Assembly (NCBI RefSeq): GCF_000143415.4
Contig: NW_003314261.1
Span: forward strand, 6,236,822 to 6,300,821
Direction of reading: 5' to 3'
Origin: Selaginella moellendorffii
Lineage: Eukaryota; Plantae; Lycopodiophyta
Length of the DNA stretch: 64,000 bases
Positions 57,567 through 64,000 of the stretch are shown one piece after another. The number at the start of each line of letters is the position of its first letter. The stretch's first letter is position 1. Position numbers and translations under genes: made by a program. The notes under the pieces were generated by a model, which searched no databases, was not told the DNA's origin, and saw only the letters and a list, made by a program, of their open reading frames with translations.

Positions 57567-60385
57567 ATGAAGTTTGAGGATGGGCCGCTCAAGAGCTATT
57601 TGGTTAAGAACCTCCAGCCCTTGTAAGCGTTTCTATTTGTTCTTGGTTTTGGAATTCTTTGTTAACTTCTCTTTCCTTTAGGACTGCTGCGGACCCGGCG
57701 TTGCTCGCAAACTATGTAGCTGCGCTCCTCAAGAACAACAAGCCCAAGCCAGAGCTTCAGACCCTTTGCGTGGACAAACTCTTCGATTTTCTGGGCGATG
57801 GTACGTTTTTGGGAAACGCAGAGAAAGAGATTGTAACTCTTGTTCATGTTGTCTGTCACAGGCACAAAACAGTTCGTAACACAGCTTTTTAAAGACATAG
57901 AAGATGGTACTTTGGTAGAGGTCCCAGAGGACTCTGTCTCGCCCGCTGCTCCTCCGGCTGGCGATGCAACGACGGAAGTGAAGTCTTCTCCCACGCCCGT
58001 GACCCGGACAATACCATCAGCAATTCAGACTAACGACGATGGAGACGAGAGCTCTGACGACGAGGATGACGATAGGAATCATAAGCACAGAAGACGCATT
58101 TCTCGATCAAGGTCCTTCGACAAGGATGCCGAGGAAAACGAGAGAAGCCACCACAGGAAACGGAGCAGATCAACGGAGAATGGTCACTACAGGGACAACC
58201 ATCGCCACTATGATCACCGGAGGTCTTATCGAGGTAGAGACGGCCTGGCTTCGCGAATAGTTGTTGATGGAGCTGTCCACGGAGGTGGGATGCGAGGTGG
58301 TCTTCCGTTTAGAGATGCTGGTGGCCCGAGGTTTTTCGGTCCTGGTCTGCAGCGGAATATGGCTGGTAATGGTGGACGTGGTTGGCTTCCTCCGGATCAA
58401 AGATTTGCCGGGGGTTTTCCTCCCGACTTTCCACCCGCACTTCTAGCTCAAGGACCTTCCACTTCGAACATTTTTCCCGGAAGAGTCCCTGGTGGTAGAG
58501 GTGGTCCTCCGCCGCAACCCCCGTGGGGAAACTTTGGACTGCTGGAGAACGGATCTTTGGAAGTGATCCCACTCAATCCTCGTGGAAGCAATCCAATGGC
58601 GATGATAAGCAGGACCAGGTGCTTGGACTTTGAAGAGCGTGGATATTGTTTGCGTGGAGACTTATGTCCCATGGAGCATGGTGCAAACCGTATAGTCGTG
58701 GAGGATGTGCAGGTATGTCGCATTTACTCTTTATGCTAACCCACTTTCTACTTTTGCAGAGCCTCTCGAAGCTGACTTTACCGATCGGAAACGCAAGGAA
58801 TGGAACATCATCGGGTCCACCAGAAAAGGTGGCTCGAACAAATCGAGAAAGCCTTGGTGGAGAGGATGGCAATCCGGCAAGCACGGTGTCGGATTCCTAT
58901 GACCCGGACCAGCCTCTTTGGGGTGGCAAGGATCCGTCCGACAAAGTGAGGCACTATAACTCGGAACGGCAGTGGGACAATGGATCGGATCCACGGGAAG
59001 TCGGGGTTGATGACAAAACAGGTGACAACACTTCCAAAAGTCTAGAACCAGGTGTTTCTGTATGGGATAGGATCGGCCCTGTAGATGGTGAGAAAGGTAG
59101 CGTGAAAAGGCCGAAACTTTCAGGAGCAGAGGAAGGAAATGGTCATATGGCAAACAATGGGGGTGTACAGGCTGAGAAGCACTCACATTCGCAACGAACC
59201 GCAGCTGGGACTAGCTACGGTGGAACAGATGGCCGGGACGATAGAACGGAAAAGGCTCAGCGCACGCTATACGTGCGTTGTATTCCGACTGACAGTAATA
59301 AAGCCGATATTCTCAAGGGACACTTCCAGAAGTTTGGCAAGGTGCTAGATATTCGGATTCCGACCATGTGGAAGGACAGGGCCTTCGTGCAGTTTTACGA
59401 GCGGGAGAGTGCACTGGCAGCTCTTGCGTCACCGGAAGCTGTTCTTGGCAACCGATTCATTCAACTCGACTGGGCAAACCGTGACAACAGAGTCCACCCG
59501 CATCCTTACGACTATCATCGTTCAAAGCCAGGTGCTCCGGCGACGGGAAAGGAAGTTCCAAACGGGACGACGGCTACACCAGGGACTCCAGCTCCGGAAG
59601 CGAAAATGCCTGCTACGAATGGCATGGCTTTGCAGGCGCAAAAGAAGCAGGAGGAGCTGGAACAGATGAAGGAGGAGATTCGGAAGAAGCAGGAGGCTCT
59701 GGCCGCGAAGAGGAACGAGTTCAAGCGGAAGCTAGACAAGCTTGCCAAGCAGGTTTGGCTCTGGTTTTACTTTCTTCTTGTTCTTGTCATTGACTCTTTT
59801 CCACTGTTGTTTCCAGGGTGTTACGCTTCCTGCGAGTGAATCTGATGCACAGGATACGGAGGATACGAACTCGTCTACCCTTCCAGCTGCTGCGAAGTCT
59901 CCAAAATCTCCTTTTCCTCGTCCTGGACAACAATTTAACTCTGCTGCAACACCACCATGGGGACCGTCTCGGTACAAGCTTGATAATAGAACGACTGTAT
60001 TCAGGATCACAAGTCCTCCACCTTCTGCGCTTTCAGACGTAAGTTCTTCTCGTTTCTTTTCGTTTGTGGCTGTCAAGACTTACGAGAGTGTGATTCTGGC
60101 TTACAGATAGTGGCACTGAAAGCGCATTTTGGAACTTATGGTGAAGTTTCCGACTTGGAAGTAGTCGAGGAAGGCAGCGCTGCCCAAGTCTCTTTTGCCA
60201 CACGCCGGGACGCGGAGAAGGCTTTTGCGCAGGGGAAGTCGTGGCAAGGACAACCTCTCCAGTTCGCGTGGGTGAACAATCCCACGCCATCGTCAACCAT
60301 AGCTCCGCCGCCATCGAGCTCTTCAAACTTCTCGCCCTCCATCGCGCAGCAAGACGCGACTGTTGGAATCGAAGGCACAGTCTAG
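57567..60385 (+). CDS. RBM26/RBM27-like protein (PWI, CCCH zinc finger, RRMs), multi-exon
   Basis: YLVKNLQP..ADPALLANYVAALLK, RCLDFEERGYCLRGDLCPMEHG, DSYDPDQP, an RRM ending AVLGNRFIQLDWA, a coiled coil and a second RRM. Confidence 0.88.
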
Positions 60386-60920
60386 CGTGAAGAAGGTCCT
60401 TTTCCTTTTTGCTCTCAAGCTCTATCTCGGTCAAAACCTCTCCTCCCAAGGTACAGTACTCTAGTGTTCTTTCGTTCTTTCGTTCTTTTTCTTTCCATTC
60501 TGGAGCTAGAGAGAAGGGAAAGAAATCTTTGCAGCTGTTACTTAACAACAGGAGAAGATCTCTCCAAAGCTTGTATTCTTTTACTACTGAAATTTCTAAT
60601 GATCTACAATCGTGCATGCAAAGAAGAGGACAATACTAATTGGAATTCTCGTGGCTTAATGTTTTTTTTTTTTTGGTTAGTGATTTGCGCCTAAAATTTC
60701 TGACCGTGAACCATTTTTAGGGTTAGGGTTTTGGGAGAAGAGAGAGCGAGCCGAGCGATCTCCTGTCTTTGGCGCTCGCATTGATCTGTTTTCCACCGCT
60801 GCTAGGTTTCTCATGGATGGTGATGCTCTGGGCTCAATCGCAAGGGCAAATGTATGCCGGTTTTCCACTGAGATGCTGAGATTTTAGGATTTCTCGCCGC
60901 GATTGCGCCTACAAGCAAGC

Positions 60921-61764
60921 ATGACAGCGCTTGTCTCTCGGACTGGGCGGCACCAACAGCGATATCACACTGGCTATCGTCTCGTGGCTGGGTATGAGCT
61001 AGGATTTCTTTTTCTTCTTCTTCTTTTGCTTTTCTTGTCATGCTTTTCCCCGGATCTTTTGGAGTGATTGAATGGCCCGTGGCTTTTGCTTTTTAGATGC
61101 ATACCATACAGATACAAGGAGGTGGATGGTTGCAATGGAAAAGAGGAGCCAGTTTTGGAGGTTTTGATGATCACTTCGAAGAGTGGGAGAGGGCTCTTGT
61201 TTCCAAAGGTAACGAAAAAAAAAAACTTTTTTTTCTTCTCCAAAGCAAACGAAACGAGCGTTTTTTTTCACAGGGAGGCTGGGAAACTGATGAAACTGTG
61301 GAAGAGGCTGCGGTGCGAGAGGCACTGGAAGAAGCTGGTGTTCGTGGCGATTTGCAGGTATGAAGTTGTAGTTCCTTTTGCTTTTGTTTTTTCTCTTCGT
61401 GATGCCCATGGCTGTGGCTTGTTTCAGGGAGATATTGGGACGTGGGAGTTCAAAAGCAAGCGCCAGCAGAGTGACTTGAATCCTGCTGGCCTTTGCCGTG
61501 CGCATATGTTTGCGCTGGAAGTGAGAGAGCAGCTAGAGTCGTGGCCCGAGCAACACTCGAGGCAACGCGAATGGGTAAGTTCGTCGCTTTTTCTAGTTTT
61601 TGGGAAGCTCATGGAGTCTGTCTGGATTCTCGCAGTTTGTTGTTTCCGAGGCGGTGGGTCAATGCCAGGTCGATTGGATGCGGAAGGCTCTCGATAAGTG
61701 GGTGTCGTGCTTGAAAATCAGGCAAGGCGCCACCACTTCCAACCAGGGGCAGTCCTTTATTTGA
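60921..61764 (+). CDS. Nudix hydrolase, plant DIPP-like subfamily (5 exons)
   Basis: MTALVSRTGRHQQRY..RLVAG/CIPYRY, EVLMITS..LLFPK/GGWETDETVEEAAVREALEEAGVRG (Nudix box), LESWPEQ..RQREW. Confidence 0.92.
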
Positions 61765-64000
61765 GCCAATGCCGGAAAGAGAGCGTTGGGAGAAAAAAAA
61801 TTTTGTTCCACGAATGCTGGAGGATGAGGTCGAGGCCGGTAATTTTTTTTAGGTGTTACGAGGATTTTGGGGTCCCTGGGTTGCTTTTTAGGAGAGTGGA
61901 ATAACTTACAAGTGGCATAGATAGAAAAGAAATCGAAATGTTCTGCCAGGGAGATGGATGCACGCAAGTGTAGAGTTTCCATAAATTTGAATGCTACCAA
62001 AGTACGAGTGAGAATGGCTCCTCGCTCATATTCTGTATGAGTACCAAAAGCATATGATCTTCACAGGAGAACTCTTGACTTGGAGTATCATCCGGATACA
62101 TAGACTGCCAGTAGGCAGGGTGGGATTAGAAACGCAAAGAGAACAAACGATTGACATTCTCCAGATCGAGGTTGGGGTTACACACAAGATCGCGTGAGTG
62201 GAGTTATACAATCCTCTTCAAATTGTTAGCTATAATCTCCAGGACACAGAGATTGCTGACAGTGATTTTGTCCGGTGTGCCCCCAGCGGTCCTTGAAAAT
62301 CTGGAGGAGCGAGTGTTGAGCTTGCCTGGTCGTACTCATAACTGCATCAGGTCTCCAAGGTGAGCAGCCTTTAGTCGATGGAACAATGTAGGTAAGGGAA
62401 GTTACAGCATGTATTAAAAGACAAATACTCTCTTCAATATGGTCAAAATTCAGCATACACTGGTAGTTAAGCCCAATCGATAACAATATTCCCATGGTGA
62501 GAAAATTACTATATGAAACATGATATGATTGGGCAAGAAACCCCAGAGCAATGGCTCTTGCTGCCAATTAGACCAGGTCTTCAGCCTAAACAACCATGGA
62601 ATAACACATGGGCTATAAAAGTTATGGAGAAAAGTTGCATGATTTAAAATTTGCACACCATAAACAATAAGAAAGGAAAGATCAATCCATGGCATGGCCT
62701 CATCTCCTCTCTTGAGATTTTGGAAGCTCACTCGCTTGCTCTCCCGCCCTAAATCGATTCCAAGCTGCTCTCGCTTGCCCTTGTACAGCCACTGGTCAAG
62801 GTCATTCTCACTGTGGTGAAACATGGCCAGCTAATGCACATTTATGGACTTTAGCATTACGTATCCCTTGCCATATAAGAGCTATTGCTAAGAACCAATA
62901 TCAAATAAAACCAATACATATACATTGTCATATGAGAGCCATGCATTTTGCATACATATAAATATTTGAGGGATATTTTTAATACTCTATATTTAAAAAT
63001 ATTCTTAATCCAATCTATTGGAACATTTCTTGGCCTAGAATGAAGTTAGATAGTTGAGAACTATGTACATAGTTGTTTGACTTGCCAAGCAGTTGCATTG
63101 GCATCATTTGTGATCTTTGGCCTCTCCTTCTCTGTTTATAAACCCTTTCTTTTTATATTTGAATTCTAATGTTGTCTTTCAAATGGTTATTTATATTATA
63201 TTTTTTAATCCATTATGACCTTTTGCTAAATTTGTTCTACAAAACCCTAAAATTTTAAATAAAATTATTGGTTGTTTAAAAAAAAAGAGAAAAGATTGTT
63301 GGCAAATGTAAACCCCTGAAGTTGAGGCTCCTCAAAAGACATCTAGCCCAATACTACTTAGCACTAAAGAGCACCATTAAAATTTGCCACTTGGCCCACA
63401 CAATGGCTCCCTAAGAGGCAAAGACAGATACCAAAAGTGGATCAATGACTTTTGTTGTTGGCCAAGCTAGCATCCATGTAATATCAATAATATAACTCTA
63501 TTGGAATAACAAGTGCTATAATCAATTACTTCAAAGGTATCTCACTATATGCTTAGCAACTCACCAATGTGTGGTGGTTGGTGGCATGTTAAATTGACTC
63601 AAAGTAATAGTTGCATACACAATATCAGAGTGAATTGAGAGAGCCAAATTTATGAGGCAGTCATAAGGAGTTTTAGTTGGTAAAGGAGTGCTTAATTAAG
63701 ATTGATGGCACCAACAACTATTAGGGTCTTGCAATTTCATATATGAAATTAGACAATCACCTTCTGTCACTGTTGAGCATGAAGCTCTTAGCCTTGGGAT
63801 TGTATGTGACTATGAAAATAGGACATTTGATTAAACTCCTTCATCTAGAGCTATTAATAATTGATAATGACAAGAAACCTGAATCCCAAATTGAAATACG
63901 TCTTTCTAGCAAAAACATGAAAACCTATTGGGAATTACACATTATTCCTCTTTACATTGCTGATTTCCTCATCATGGGTGATGATCTAGATGTTATTATA

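Noticed and set aside
62030-62830. Possible minus-strand gene remnant
   Set aside because: Exon-like pieces are present but contain stops, and I cannot assign a family or a consistent model.

Overview
Eukaryotic nuclear DNA from a compact plant genome with ~50-60 nt GT-AG introns. A PLS-type PPR gene, XTH and CASP-like genes, and two flagellar-type genes point to a seed-free plant with motile sperm; the lycophyte Selaginella is my best guess (inference). Layout: (1) 1-2.3 kb, a decayed head-to-head pair of intronless genes fusing a restriction-endonuclease-like domain to an atypical kinase. (2) 2.8-6.3 kb, a foldback element and an old Gypsy relic. (3) 7-20.7 kb, a SPLAYED-type SNF2 remodeler whose tail contains a tandem array of symmetric exons. 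(4) 21-23.5 kb, CFAP97-like gene, tRNA-Cys, CASP-like gene and tRNA-Pro. (5) 23.6-38.5 kb, a retroelement nest that splits an XTH gene. It holds a TRIM fused to a circularly permuted Gypsy with the same LTR termini, two 5S-carrying Cassandra-type TRIMs, and a chromovirus with a self-priming PBS and a -1 frameshift signal inserted into the 5S box of one Cassandra. (6) 39-47.3 kb, an intact REase-like kinase/pseudokinase pair, followed by a mosaic of an ARD pseudogene, SYD fragments and further kinase remnants. (7) 48-62 kb, very tightly packed genes (RBM42-like, TAM41, NME5-like, PPR, PEN-2, RBM26/27-like, Nudix). All calls are by eye, with no database searches. Multi-exon gene boundaries are approximate, and N gaps lie at 24656-25034 and 26532-26631.
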